Shown here piece after piece: positions 1 to 12,129 of a stretch of 64,000 nucleotides of DNA; the first letter of the stretch is position 1, and each line of letters starts with the position of its first letter. Source of the stretch: Carcharhinus longimanus (taxonomy: Eukaryota); contig JASCQW010000132.1 of NCBI GenBank assembly GCA_030264375.1, positions 122,422,472 through 122,486,471 on the forward strand, given 5' to 3'. A model generated the notes under the pieces. The model was not told the DNA's origin. It saw only the letters and a list, made by a program, of their open reading frames with translations, and did not search any database. Made by a program: the position numbers and the translations under genes.

Positions 1-870
1 TGCTAACCATTGTGTTACCGTGTTTTAAAATGTTTTCCCTCTTGTCAGCTGAGATTGGTGTTCTGTGGTTCCTGACCCTTCTGCCCAATGGGAACAATTT
101 CTTCCAATCTACTCTGCCCAGATCGCCAGTTTGAACACTTTTATCAAATCTCCTGGAGAGCTGCCAGCCAGTTTCTGAGGCAGAGTGAGGGGTGGAAGTC
201 CCTTCTCCAGTTAGTTAATGGACATTGAAGTTTAAATGGTTGCAAGACGGTCACTAAATCTTCAAATGGCCTTGTCCATTGTAAAAATCCTGTCCCACTC
301 TCTTTGTTCCTGCACCCCTTTAGAATTCTGTCCTTTCTTTATACATTGAGAATTGGTGCAGACTCAATGGGCTATATGGTCTCTTTCTGCACTGTAGGAT
401 TGCATAGACTCAATGCATTTCCTCCTTGTTCTGACCAAAAGTATAATTTCACATTTCTCTGCATTAAATTTAATCTGCCTGTTCCACCGGCCTACCTCTG
501 TCTTCTTGAAGTTTGACACTATTCTCCTCACAGTTTACAATACTCTCAAGTATTTGTAGCCTGTACACACAAGTCCGAGTCATTAATAAGCATCAAGTAA
601 AGCAATGGTTCCAGTGTTGATACCTGGAGACCCTCACTGTGTGCCTTACTTGGGTGAACAGGCACCAGAGTGGTGACTAGAGGAATTTCATAGTAACTTC
701 ATTGCCGTGTTAATGTAAGCCTTACTTGTGACTAATAAATAAACTTTAACTTTTTCAAAAACATCTATTCACCAGTATTTTCTGTTTCCTGTCACTCAGC
801 TAACCTAATCTCCATGCTGCGACTGTTCCTTTTACTCCATGGACTTCAACTTTGTATCAAGTCTATTATA

Positions 871-1305
871 GTGGCATGGTAGCACAGTGGTTAGTTCTGC
901 TGCCTCACAGTGCCAGTGACCCAGGTTTGATTCCCAGCTTGGGTCACTGTCTGTGCGGAGTCTGCACATTCTCTCCGTGTCTGCGTGGGTTTCCTCCAGG
1001 TGCCCTGGTTTCCTCCCACAGTCCGAAAGGTGTGCTGGTTAGGTGTAATGGCCGTGCTAAATTCACCCTCAGTGGGCAGAATTTTACCAGCATGTCTGCC
1101 TGAGGTTTGTACAATCCCACCTGAGGCCAATGGAAAATACCATTCTCTGAGCCTCACCCACCCTCGGAATCGCGGTGGGTATGCCAGTAAAATTCTGGCC
1201 AGCGTATCCTTGCTGGAGTGTGGCAACTGGCGGATTTTCATAGTAACTTCATTGCAGTGTTAATGTACGCCAATTGTGACACTAATAAATAAGCTTTAAA
1301 CTTTT
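871..1305 (+). mobile_element. HE1-type V-SINE, tail-B variant, interrupted by a MITE
   Basis: tRNA-like head with Pol III A box (TAGCACAGTGG) and B box (GGTTTGATTCC); V-domain GTGTCTGCGTGGGTTTCCTCC; tail CATAGTAACTTCATTGCAGTGTTAATGT...AATAAATAAGCTTT. Confidence 0.85.
1074..1200. mobile_element. PIF/Harbinger-like MITE nested in the SINE
   Basis: TIRs GGGCAGAATTTTACC / AGTAAAATTCTGGCC; flanking trinucleotides AGT/AGC consistent with a 3-bp TSD; SINE sequence resumes on both sides. Confidence 0.75.
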
Positions 1306-1759
1306 ATCAAACTAAATTATAAAGGCTAGGATAGTCCTAGATTTGTTGCTTGGAAGAATGGATCACGTAACAAGGGGTTTTAGAAAGCTGTTCCCATAGA
1401 AAGAACTCCCAATTTAAGACACATTCCTTAGATTCCTTAGAAGGGAGTTCAGGAAAGTGGGGTGGGGTGCAAACAAATGTTCATATTTTTGATTTACTGA
1501 ATTCATTTTTTTTGTTTAGATTAAGAGAGAGCAAGAATACCATTCAAACCTTGAAAGCAACATTTACAAATTTGCAGAAAACCATGGCCAAACTGACTCA
1601 GAGAAGAATATTGTTGAAGAAGGAGTGAGTACAATACAGATATCTGCACACTGCATTCCTACATAACCTGCAAACATGATATCCCAAATTGGTCAAATCA
1701 GAATAAAACTCCCTTTACCCTGTTCGAGCTCGCTGTCTGAAGCCCAACCTAAGAACAAT

Positions 1760-1884
1760 GGGCGGAATTTGCTGGCATGTCTGCCCGAGGTTCGGACGTT
1801 CCTGCCTGAGGCCTACGGAGAATGCCGTTCTCCGAACCCACCCATCCCAACTCCGGGGCGGGTGTGCCAGTAAAATTCTGGTCC
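1760..1884. mobile_element. PIF/Harbinger-like MITE, same family as 1074-1200
   Basis: GGGCGGAATTTGCTGGCATGTCTGCCCGAGG...GCCAGTAAAATTCTGGTCC; colinear with the 1074-1200 copy. Confidence 0.75.
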
Positions 1885-2141
1885 ATGGCTTTGATTGCAC
1901 CAGTATGATAATTCTCCATTTCCCAAATGTTATATTTGAGGAATCTCTAACTGAATTGTCTGTTTCTATCAAAATTGTGAGGAATTTTGCGTTAGGAAGC
2001 TGAACTCATTAAAAATCTGGGTGGTACTAAAAGTCCAATTATTAATGATGGGATTCAAACCCAGGCCTCAAAGGTAAATGAGCCTACTCACGACCTCATC
2101 ACAGTACTTATATGACCAAAAACTGTTGTATTTGAAGATTT

Positions 2142-2470
2142 GGGTGTCATGGTAGCACAGTGATTAGCATTACTGCTTCACAGCTCCAGCGACCTGGGTT
2201 CAATTCCCGGCTTGGGTCACTGTCGGTGTGAAGTTTGCACATTCCCCTCGTGTCTGCGTGGGTTTCCTCCTGGTGCTCTGGTTTCCTCCCACAGTCCAAA
2301 GATGTGCGGGTTAGGTTGATTAGTGATTAGTGTCTGAGATGCGTAGGTTAGAGGGATTAGTGGGTAAATGTGTAGGGATGTGGGGGTAGGGCCTGGGTGG
2401 GATTGCGGCCAGTGCAGACTCAATGGGCCAGATGGCTTCTTTCTGCACTGTAGGGTTTCTATGATTCTAT
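2142..2470 (+). mobile_element. HE1 V-SINE with CR1-type tail (tail A)
   Basis: A/B boxes, V-domain, tail GGTGGGATTG...ATGGGCCAGATGGC...CTGCACTGTAGGGTTTCTATGATTCTAT. Confidence 0.85.
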
Positions 2471-2654
2471 AACAGTTATAGCTTAGTGGCTGGTTTCCAG
2501 CAAGTCCATGGTTACATGTATTTTCAAAAGACCAGGATTTAGTAAGCATTTGAGTTCTCAATCAGGAAATGGAACTCAGAATCATAAAAATGTAAAAAAA
2601 AAGTTGCATATATTAATGAATAGAATAGGAAATATATTTAATACTATGCATCTC

Positions 2655-2885
2655 AGTGGTAGCACTGTTGCCTCTAAGTCAAAAGGTTCCTGACCCCAGA
2701 AACCTGAACAGAAAATATAGTTGAACACTCTGGTGCAGTAGCAGGAGAGTGCTGCACTGCCTGAAGTGCTGGTGTGTGGCAACTAGAGGATTTCACGGTA
2801 ACTTCATTACAGTGTTAATGTAAACCTACTTGTGACAATAATAAATAAATTTTTAAAAAACTTTAAAACTTTAAACTTTAACTTT
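2655..2885 (+). mobile_element. Chimeric SINE remnant: DeuSINE/SacSINE-like head joined to V-SINE tail B
   Basis: GTGGTAGCACTGTTGCCTCTAAGTCA...GAGTGCTGCACTG resembles 62975 onward, then GTGTGGCAACTAGAGGATTTCACGGTAACTTCATT...AATAAA(CTTTAAA)n. Confidence 0.6.
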
Positions 2886-3184
2886 ACTGAGCTGCGGTGC
2901 CAGTCTCAATTTTTGCATTCAAATCCTGGAGTGGGACCCTAATTTGTATACGTATTTGCAAGTAATCTCCCACTTGTTTTGGGAGGAGAGCTGCAGGCCT
3001 GTTTGCAACTATTTGCAAAACACAGTAGGAGGGCCTTGGGCAGCCGAGGGGCAGATCCTGTTACCAAGCAGCTGCAACGCAGGCCAGGTTAAAAATCAAG
3101 CTCTCCCAGAAAATTCTGATCCATTCTGCCAGCAGGGACAAACAAATCACTTCCATTCTGGAAGGGGAAACACTTTGATATACA

Positions 3185-3321
3185 GGCCGGGATTCTCCAA
3201 TCTCGTCTATGGTTGGGATTCTTCGGTCCCGCTGCAACGAATAGAGATTTGGCCGATCGCCAAATTCTCCTTTCCTCGCTGGCCTCAGCGGCGGGGCTTA
3301 TGACATCAGAGAATCCCAGCC
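3185..3321. mobile_element. Harbinger-like MITE
   Basis: TIRs GGCCGGGATTCTCC / AGAGAATCCCAGCC. Confidence 0.65.
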
Positions 3322-3597
3322 ACTCTCTCACTAGATTGTCATCCTTAATGTTGTTTAATGTTTTAGAATTAGGTTCATTGAAGAACTCAGGACTAACCTA
3401 AATCTCTTCCCATTTTTAAATAGAAACCGGACTATCAGAATGGGCGCCATTCTCCAACTCCTCGATATTAGCCCTGAAGTAGACTTTGGAACAATGCTTG
3501 ATTCGATCGACCATGACACAAAGGTTTTAGAACCACCTAAACATCCACCCCTCTGGTAAGCACTCTTCTCATATGGACTGTTAATATTAACTGAAGT

Positions 3598-4128
3598 GTG
3601 GAGATCCCGGCATTGGACTGGGGTACAGTAAGAGGTCTCACAATACCAGGTTAAAGTCCAACAGGTTTATTTGGAATCACAAGCTTTCGGAGTGCTGCTC
3701 CTTCATCAGGTGAGTGGAGAGGTAGGTTTCACAAACATGGCACATATAGTCAAAGACACAATGATAATGGTTGGAATGTGAGTATTTACAGGCAATCAAG
3801 TCTTTACAGATACAGACAGTGCGAGTGGAGAGAGGGATGATCACAGGTTAAAGAGGTGTGAATTGTCTCAAGCCAGGACAGTTGATAGGATTTTGCAAGC
3901 CCAGGCCAAATGGTGGGGGGTTACATCTGGTGTGACATGAACCCAAGATCCCGGTCATCCTAATGTGTGTGGCATTTGGCCATCATTGATCGCATCCCAA
4001 CCATTATCTTGCAATTGTGTCTTTGTCTATATATGCTGTGTCTGTGAAACCTACCTCTCCACTCACCTGATGAAGGAGCAGTGAAAATAAACCTGTTGGA
4101 CTTTAACCTGGTGTTGTGAACCTTCTTA
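3598..4128. mobile_element. Penelope-like element remnant with inverted terminal (pseudo-LTR) copies
   Basis: 3626-3762 (AAGAGGTCTCACAATACCAGGTTAAAGTCCAACAGGTTTATTT...AAAGACACAAT) is the reverse complement of about 4013-4128, apart from a deletion in the right arm; family assignment from the hammerhead-bearing terminus. Confidence 0.7.
3672..3719 (-). ncRNA. Minimal type I hammerhead ribozyme motif (Penelope-associated)
   Basis: Minus strand reads TCAC-CTGATGA-A-GGAGCAGCACTCC-GAAA-GCTT-GTGA: conserved CUGAUGA and GAAA boxes, stem II GGAG/CTCC, stem I TCAC/GTGA, palindromic AAGCTT in place of stem III. Confidence 0.7.
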
Positions 4129-4860
4129 AAATTAACTGAGGAACTCTTCTAAAAATAGTTTCATTTGCAGATTGTTACAAATTTTCAAAGTTAAGCCAAT
4201 CATTTTTAACTCTGTAAGTAAGCAGCAACCTAGCAATTGACTCATGTCATGGACCAGGATTTTTTTGTTTTTAAAGTGGAAACTCCTAATTTTGGGCTGT
4301 TTTGGGGCACTTTGCCATTCTCTGAAAGTTTGAGAAATAGAAATGGCCGGTATGATTTCACACACTGAGACCCTGCCTTCAGAACTGTGCCTACTGGAGA
4401 GAGAATGTAATCTGCTTCTGCCCAATCTCCACCCTTCAGATTACAACCACGATAAGGTGGCGGTGCTTTTGGGCACAGGTCCTCAGTGGGTGTCACTCTC
4501 GCACTGCAGTTTTGCACATTTAGAGGTAGTTTACAAAATTTGTTGAAAATGTAAAAGGAAATCTCAATAATGAAATAATGGATGTTCCCTCAGAAAAATT
4601 GCTAGCTCCTGTGTTGTTAGGGGCTGGATAGTGAGGATGTACAAAAGGAAAGGATGGAAGCCAGAAGAGTGCAGCTCTCTCCAGGCAAACAATCTGTGAC
4701 TCTGGACTATCGACCACCCGAGATCCACTGATCTTGCAAGACACAAATGGATATTTCCTTTAGGCAGGGTCTGAAAAATCCCCCTGACCCCATTAGAGAA
4801 ACATGTTGGGCCCTAATTTGCAGCCTCGTCCATCAAGACACTGCCTTGTTGGCAGCTCCC

Positions 4861-5480
4861 AATCATAGAATCCCTAAAATGCAGAAGGAGGCCATTCTGC
4901 CCATCAAGTCCACACCAACTCTCTCTGACAGAGTACCTTACATGGTGGCACAATGGTTAGCACTGCTGCCTCACAGCGCCAAGTACCCGGGTTCGATTCC
5001 CAGCTTGGGTAAGTGTCTGCATGGAGTTTGCACATTCTCCCTGTGTCTGTGTGGGTTTCCTCCAGGTGCTCCAGTTTCCTCCCCATAGTCCAAGAATGTA
5101 CAGATTAGGTGAATTGGTGATGATAGATTCTCCCTGAGTGTACTGGAAAAGGTGCCAGACTGTGGTAACGAAGGGATTTTTGCAGTAACTTCATCGCAGT
5201 GTGAATGTAAGCCTACTTCTGACTAATAAATGAACTTTAACTTTCTACCCAGGCCCTTTTCCCCCACCATATCCCCTAACCCCACACATTTTACCATGGC
5301 TAATCCATCTAATCTACACATCTTTGGACACTAAGGGGTAATTTAGCATGGCTAATCCACCTAAGCTGCATATCTTTGGACTGCGGGAGGAAACTGGAAC
5401 ACCTGGAGGAAACCCATGCAGACACGAGGAGGATGTGCAAATTCCATACAGAGGTAACCCATGCAGACATGGGGAGGTAC
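4861..5480 (-). mobile_element. HE1 V-SINE (tail A), split by a nested + strand SINE
   Basis: AATCATAGAATCCCT... tail at 4861, resumes about 5246 (ACCCAGGCCC...GCACATC..TTTGGACTGCGGGAGGAAACTGGA). Confidence 0.75.
4941..5245 (+). mobile_element. V-SINE tail-B copy
   Basis: TGGCACAATGG A box, GGTTCGATTCC B box, V-domain, tail ...GACTAATAAATGAACTTTAACTTT. Confidence 0.85.
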
Positions 5481-6204
5481 CAAGAGCACGTTTATGCATT
5501 TTATACATTAGGATGCTTCATTAGTTATACCCATCGGTCAGCAACTCATTTGTGCAGTTCATTGTTGTCAGGCACATCTCAAAGTTCCTTCGTTTCCACG
5601 CCTGGCTCATAATATCTCAGAATCCTGTTGGGGTCTTGTGTACACCATGGTTCCGTGATTTCCTTATTACAGGTCAGCCACAATCTATACTGATGCTGAT
5701 ACATTCTCACTGACATGATGAAACAGTAACATACGTGTCCACTCCTTTCAGACTACAGGTGCAGGGCACAGGCTCAGTTGGGCTAATTATAAGCATGAGA
5801 TAAGTTCAAATTGTCCCAATTAATTGCTGAGAGCCCTCTGGAGATACCAGACTGTTAATCAGATGCTTCCTCCTGTAAGATTTTGGCATCGGTGGTCACA
5901 AAGGGGATTAATTTTAAGAAGATTATCTTTGGTGAATCAGAAGATGTGGCTGGGCAATAGCAGGAGGCCAATTCTGTTGGTGCTCCATCCTAATACCATT
6001 CGGAACCTGAAAGCTCGATTCCAATGTTTCTGTCTTCTATAATCTCTCTCGTGTAATTGCCCAAACGTTCTGGAACTTTCTCTTGATGTCTACTCTCGGG
6101 CTGATGGTGGCCAATTCTCTTCCCATTTCAGCTCCTTGTCTCCGGGTGTGTGCTCTTTTGGAAAAAACGCAAAGATTTGGACATGAGACAGACTAATCCT
6201 CAAT

Positions 6205-6356
6205 TAGATTAGGTTGATTGGCCATGCCAGATTGACCCTTAGTGACAGGAGGATTAGCAAGGTAAATACGTGGGGTTATAGGGGTAGGGCCTGGGTGAGA
6301 TTGTTGTCAGTACAGGCTCGATGGGCTCGAATGGTCACCTTCTGCACTGTAGGGTA
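6205..6356 (+). mobile_element. HE1 SINE 3' half
   Basis: TTAGGTTGATTGGCCATGC...GGCTCGATGGGC...TCTGCACTGTAGGG. Confidence 0.75.
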
Positions 6357-6751
6357 AAATTCAATGGCTGTAAAATTAATTTCCACTGGTTTTGCTGCTA
6401 CAAAGGCCCAGAAAGTAAAAGATGATAACTGAGTCATATCCAATCATTTTCCCATTGTGATGGTCCTCATGCATGAGTGTTATGCCTGCACTAGAAGCAT
6501 GCTGAGTGGGCAGATGATATCATTCAGGGTCTAACACTGATTGCATATTCAACTTGGCATTCTGGACTTTGCCAGTCCTTGTTGAATAAAGGTTTAATCG
6601 CTATTGCGCCAATAGCTAATATAATCAGTGATATCAGATCACACAAAACAGGAACTTAGAGACAGAGGCTTCTGGAAGAATCTCATGCTTTTTTATCCCA
6701 GTATAGTGAATAAATGTTTGTAAATTCCTAGATACCAGATTTCCAGTGTTG

Positions 6752-7252
6752 TCTCATTTTGTACAGGGCAGGATTTCAATGAAATGCCACACTTGGTGAA
6801 GGAGCAGCGCCCTGAAAGCTCATGGTTCCAAATAAACCTGTGGATTTTAACCTGGTGTTGTGAGACTCCTTACTGTGCCCACCTCAGTCCACACAAGTAT
6901 CTCCAGCTCATGTCAGAACTTTGAATTAGGTATGGGAACTAAAGAGCTCTATCTTCCGTGCCTTTACCTCTCCAAGCATCATTTCCATTATTGTTTATGA
7001 GGACCTTGATCTTTACTTTGGCATTGGGCATTCCCAGATTATGCACCCCCCTTCTTCCATTGCTTCTCTGCATTCAAGTACAGATCCATATTTTCTTCTC
7101 TGGCTTTCTCTCTTCCTGTCTCTTCCCCTTCACGTCCCCTGGGTCACTAAGGTACTTATGTCTATTTAAATTGTCACAGTCTTCAGCCTAACAGTGCAGA
7201 CACAATCAAGAGTGACATTTCATTGAAATCCTGCCCTGGATACGAAATGAGA
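6752..7252. repeat. About 45-bp terminal inverted repeats (probable old non-autonomous DNA transposon) enclosing a Penelope-like end fragment (about 6796-6905)
   Basis: TCTCATTTTGTACAGGGCAGGATTTCAATGAAATGCCACACTTG (6752-6795) vs CAAGAGTGACATTTCATTGAAATCCTGCCCTGGATACGAAATGAGA (7207-7252). Confidence 0.65.
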
Positions 7253-7628
7253 ACCTTTCTCCCATCAGGGAAATGTGCTCATGGGTTTTTAAGGTTGATG
7301 CAAACAATGTTAATGTCTGACCAATTGAGAAGAGATTATATAGCTTTGGAGGTTTACAACAGAGCTATCATCCACATAGTCAGCCTCGATACCATTCAAT
7401 AACTAAAGGTCTATGCTATGTGGCAGCATTAATTTATTTACTCTTTCCTAACAGATAATAAACTAAATACCATACTCTATTAATATTATCAAATATTATC
7501 ACATCAAACTTCTGATTTTGTATGGATAATTTTGACTTCAAGTTCAATTTATTTTTCTTGTAAGAGTTCAAATACAAACTACATCAAGACCTTTGTAAAT
7601 GTATCTCCATCCATCTGTGTTTTTGCAG

Positions 7629-7746
7629 GTTCACTATACTGATGAATGAATCATTAGAATTTGGCATCCCAGAAGAAACCAGTCCCCTATTACAGAAACT
7701 TGCATTTTTTCACCACTTCACTGCAAGCTCTGTACCTTCTGCTGAG
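7629..7746 (+). other. Candidate exon (possibly a 5' UTR exon of the GPCR or of another transcript)
   Basis: Acceptor TGTGTTTTTGCAG| and consensus donor GAG|GTAAGT; internal ATG opens MNESLEFGIPEETSPLLQKLAFFHHFTASSVPSAE up to the donor (phase 0). Confidence 0.45.
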
Positions 7747-10732
7747 GTAAGTTAGAGTCATGGGGGTGGAATTTTTCAGTCCCGCCCATCACTAGAGTCG
7801 TAGAACAAGAACATGCAAAGGTTCGTTGACCTCGGGCAGAATGTTCTGGTCTTGAGGCGAGCACAGCAGGAAAATCATGCCCATAGAGTCATTGGCTGGA
7901 ATGTTATGTCCATTCATGCCGAAGTATTTTCCCATCCCACTGTAGTGAATGGAGATGTGGCTGGGTGCCAAATTCTCCAACCTCGCTACGGCAGGAGCAT
8001 GGCGTGAACGACCGCTAAGAGTGTGCCCATAGAGTTTTCTAGCATGTTCTAAGTCATAAACAGAGAATGTGAGAAAACCCATGTAGTGTATTGAAACTTA
8101 CTTGTTCAGAGACTGCCATATACACGTACCAGCAGAGGGAGTCTGCTAGGAAGGGATAATAGAAGATCATTGTTTAACAGCTCATCTTACTCTAAATGCC
8201 TCTGTCCAAAAATTCCAGAACCCAGCTTTCCAATTTTCCCGCATCATATCTGGTCTTCCTATTTCTAACATCTTAGAATGTTAAAATCCCTCGTGGTTCG
8301 GTATCTGACAAAAAAGGATGTGAGAACGAGTTAAAAGGAAATTAAAGGAGGGGAGGTTCAGGGGACCGATGGCTTCTCACCAGGCCTCCCCTTGTGGAAA
8401 ATGAGTGGGAAAAAAGTAATTGGAGGACTAAGGGTGAGGTAGATATCAGCGGAGACAAGTGGAAAGAAGAATATTAAGATTATCAGGTAATTAAACCAGA
8501 AGAAATGAGCAAATGATGGGAATGAGTTGGGACGGCAATAAGAAGGACAGAGAGTAGTTGTCAGATGAAGGAGTAAGTGACCCAATAGAAACAAAGAAGT
8601 GGGAGGAGGATGTGTAATTGGGGGCAGCTAAGAAGAGAACTACTAAAAGCCTATTTGCATTGAAAATGTAGTCAACAGCCATATTGTGTGTCTCTATTCC
8701 CCAGTGTACCACCTTGCACCTACCTCCTACCTAAAAAAGAGAGAAGACTGAGAGAAGCAAAAAAGGCTTGGGTAAGAAGAGTAGTGATTAGATATAGAAG
8801 TAGAAACAGGTCAACACAAAAGATGTCAAAGAATGAGGAGAATCCATATTCTCCAACTTTCTTGAACCTAAAGTTTATTAGTGTCANNNNNNNNNNNNNN
8901 NNNNNNNNNNNNNNNNNNNNNNNNNNNNNNNNNNNNNNNNNNNNNNNNNNNNNNNNNNNNNNNNNNNNNNNNNNNNNNNNNNNNNNNNNNNNNNNNNNNN
9001 NNNNNNNNNNNNNNNNNNNNNNNNNNNNNNNNNNNNNNNNNNNNNNNNNNNNNNNNNNNGCAGATACGTGAAAAATGTGCAGAGTCTGCACAGACAGTGA
9101 CCCAAGCTGGGAACCAAACCCAGATCCCTGGTGCTGTGAGGCAACAGTGTTAACCACTGTACCACCATGCTGCTCACTATGTCACTGTGCCACTTATCTG
9201 CATATGCTTTCTGCCAATTAGCTCCATTATTAATTCTTACATCTTAATTTATAATGGAAACTTAATGACACTCCCCAATAATCCTGCTCCCTCCGCCCAC
9301 TTCCTCCACAAACACACCACAGAATCTGGAAATTAATGAGGCAAATAAAAATAATGATAGAATCCTTGAGTTTAAAGTAGGTCTGAATGATTGTGTGTGT
9401 ATCTTTCTGTATTTGTGTGTGCATGTATGTGTAATAGAGAGTGTTAACCGCTTTCTTTGTACTTTTCCATTCAGGAAAAGCTATGTCTTTTGGCAGTCTC
9501 CCTTCCAGCACACCAGCTCCTCAAGCTCGCAGTTCAGGATGCTCTCCTCTTTATCGTGCAGTGTATTTTCAAGTGCTCCTCGAAACATGTGAAGCAGTGG
9601 TTCCAGTACAGGAAGTTGCCCTTTACCCTCATTTGTGGACAATAGAACAGAGCACACTTTGGCTGAAGCAGACCCAGATTATCGAGCACACCAATAAGTT
9701 TGGAAAAGTACACCTTTCCACTGTTTCTGCAGTTTCACATGGGGTGGGGGGGTGGGGCTGGCTAGTGGTGGAGGAGCCTTTAGCATTAGCTGTGCTTGTA
9801 CCATATTCTCGAATTGAAAATAAAGTCTGACTTGCCATTGGAAAGGTTTCTTTTGTTTACTGTTTGAAGAGGGGAATACTTTTACCCGTGAGTACTTGGT
9901 TTCTCAGCAACAACAGATTTAACTCATCTGTCCTCAGTAAAAGTTTTAAAGTTTAAAGTTTGTTTATTATTGTCACAAAAGGCACAGTGGTTAGCACTGC
10001 TGCCTCACAGTACCAGGGACCCAGGTTCAATTCGGGCCATGGGTCACTGTCAATAATCTTACAGATAATTCACAACCACCAGATTCAGCAGTTCACAAGT
10101 CTTCATGTAGGAGGGTGCAGATACTCGCAATCACCTCATGTGACAACCTCAGCCTTCAGGAAGAACTGCTTTTCCGTGAGGGCAAGGAAGCTCTCACACG
10201 TCATTTGACATGTTATCCAAAGCAGCCATGATACCGACCAGCTATATGTCCCCCATGTGAACTCTTGCAAACTGCAAAATTAAACCTCTTCCAATGAGTA
10301 CTATTAACAAACTATTTCCCAAAGGGAGCTGGGAAAACAATTGCAAGCACTGAGTCTTTATTCATATCGGAATTCCTGATCTTTCACCATGTCCATGAAA
10401 TGTCACTCAATTTCACCTCCATTTTATTACTGAGTTTTGCCCCGCCCTCCCTTTTTGGAGGCATTACTTCCAAATCGCTGCCAAAATTTCTAGAAAGACT
10501 CTTGATTTAAATATTATAGTTTTCAATTGACCTCGCCAGAGCCCTTCACCCAAATCTGCCATGTGAAATAGGATGGTTGCTGAAGTAACGCAGCAACACA
10601 TCCTCATTATGTGATTTATTCACCCTCTGCCTAAAATGTCTAAAGTACCCACGTAGAGTGTCTCCATGTTTGTGATGTAAGCATTGTTGGCTAGGCTAGC
10701 ATTTCTTTTCCATCCTGAGTTGCCCTGCTTTG

Positions 10733-10950
10733 ATGTCCAAAGATGTGCAGATTAAGTGGATTGACAATGCTAAATTACCCCCTTAGTGTCCCAAAATGTG
10801 TGGGTTAGGGGAATTAGCGGGGTAAATGCATGGGGTTATGGGGTGGAGCAGGGGTTGGGCCTGGGTAAGATGCTCTGTCAGAAAGCTGACATAGACCCGT
10901 TGGGCCAAATGGCTTCTTTCTGCACTGTAAGGATTCTATGGTTCCATGAT
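10733..10950 (+). mobile_element. HE1 SINE 3' part
   Basis: GTCCAAAGATGTGCAGATTAAG...CTGCACTGTAAGGATTCTATGGTTCCATG. Confidence 0.75.
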
Positions 10951-11254
10951 GCAATTGAATGGCTTTCAATGCTACATCAATCAAATTGCCATGCAACTGA
11001 AGTCAAATAGAGACTAGACGAGGTAACAATGATAGTCTTTCTTCCCTAAAGGATATTAGTGAACTGATTATTTTAACAGCAACGCTAATAGCATTTTAAC
11101 CATTCTTATCAATACTCGCTGCCAAACATCAAATATTTGAAGGACAAATCAATAGAAGATACATTAATACATAAATCCTTTTGAAGCTTCATGGATTAAT
11201 TGTTATTTTGTTCTTCCTTTAACAAAAAGGGAAGAATCATAAAAATCTTTTCAA

Positions 11255-11675
11255 TAATTCCGAGGCAAATGGCTACAAGTTATGTTGTTGAGAGGGAATT
11301 AACAGGTCACCTCATTAAAACACAAACATGTCTCATTAAAAATTAAATCTCTCATTTTTCCTGTTTATCTGACAAATCCTTTGTAAAAAATCTCGCAGGA
11401 ACACTTCTCTATTTGCATTATCAGATGATGGCTGATAAGCCAACCTGTGGGGTTTTTTTATTTGGACACATTTTTCACTCTGCTTGCAACAAAATTTCAT
11501 GTTGGTGATAATTTTTCAGCATAATTAGAAACAGGTAAGCGCATAAATTTTTTGTACAACATATTCAGTGTCTGCTAATCATTGCTTCCTTTGTTAGACA
11601 ATTACATTTAATCCACATGCACTTTCTGAAATCTATGTCTATTTCCTCAAGTAAAATAAAGTCAGTGATCCTGTA
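11255..11675 (+). promoter_or_regulatory. Candidate promoter + non-coding first exon, copy 1 (GATA/ETS/octamer cluster, donor at 11535)
   Basis: TTATCT (11365), CAGGAA, ATTTGCAT (11411-11418), TTATCA, CAGATG, TGATAA (11433), TGTGGG, another TGATAA (11506), donor CAG|GTAAGC; paralogous to 14853-15270. Confidence 0.5.
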
Positions 11676-11872
11676 TCTGTGGAGTCTGCACATTCTCCCC
11701 CGTGTCTCATGGATTCCCTCCGGTTTCCTCCCTCAGTCTGAAAGATGTGCTGGTGAGGTGCATAGGCTATGCTAAATTTTCCCTCAGCGTACCCAAATAG
11801 GTGCTGGAGTGTGGCAACTTGGGGATTTTCACAGTAACTTCATTGCAATGTTAACGTAAGCCTGCTTGTGAC
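11675..11872 (+). mobile_element. V-SINE tail-B copy (5' truncated, ends at gap)
   Basis: V-domain plus TTTTCACAGTAACTTCATTGCAATG tail. Confidence 0.75.
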
Positions 11873-12129
11873 ANNNNNNNNNNNNNNNNNNNNNNNNNNN
11901 NNNNNNNNNNNNNNNNNNNNNNNNNNNNNNNNNNNNNNNNNNNNNNNNNNNNNNNNNNNNNNNNNNNNNNNNNTACTTCCTTGTCAAATTACTCCTTCCA
12001 AAGTGCATCACCTCACACTTTTCAGGGTTAAATTCCATCTGCCACTTATCCACCTATTTGGCCATCTTGGCTATACCTTCTTATAACCCAAGACACTCAC
12101 AATTGTTCCACTAGACCCACAAGAAGAAG

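Noticed and set aside
852-1103. Recurring ORFs MVAQWL.LLPHSA... and tRNA-like A/B boxes
   Set aside because: These are HE1 SINE heads, not protein or tRNA genes; no cloverleaf 3' half
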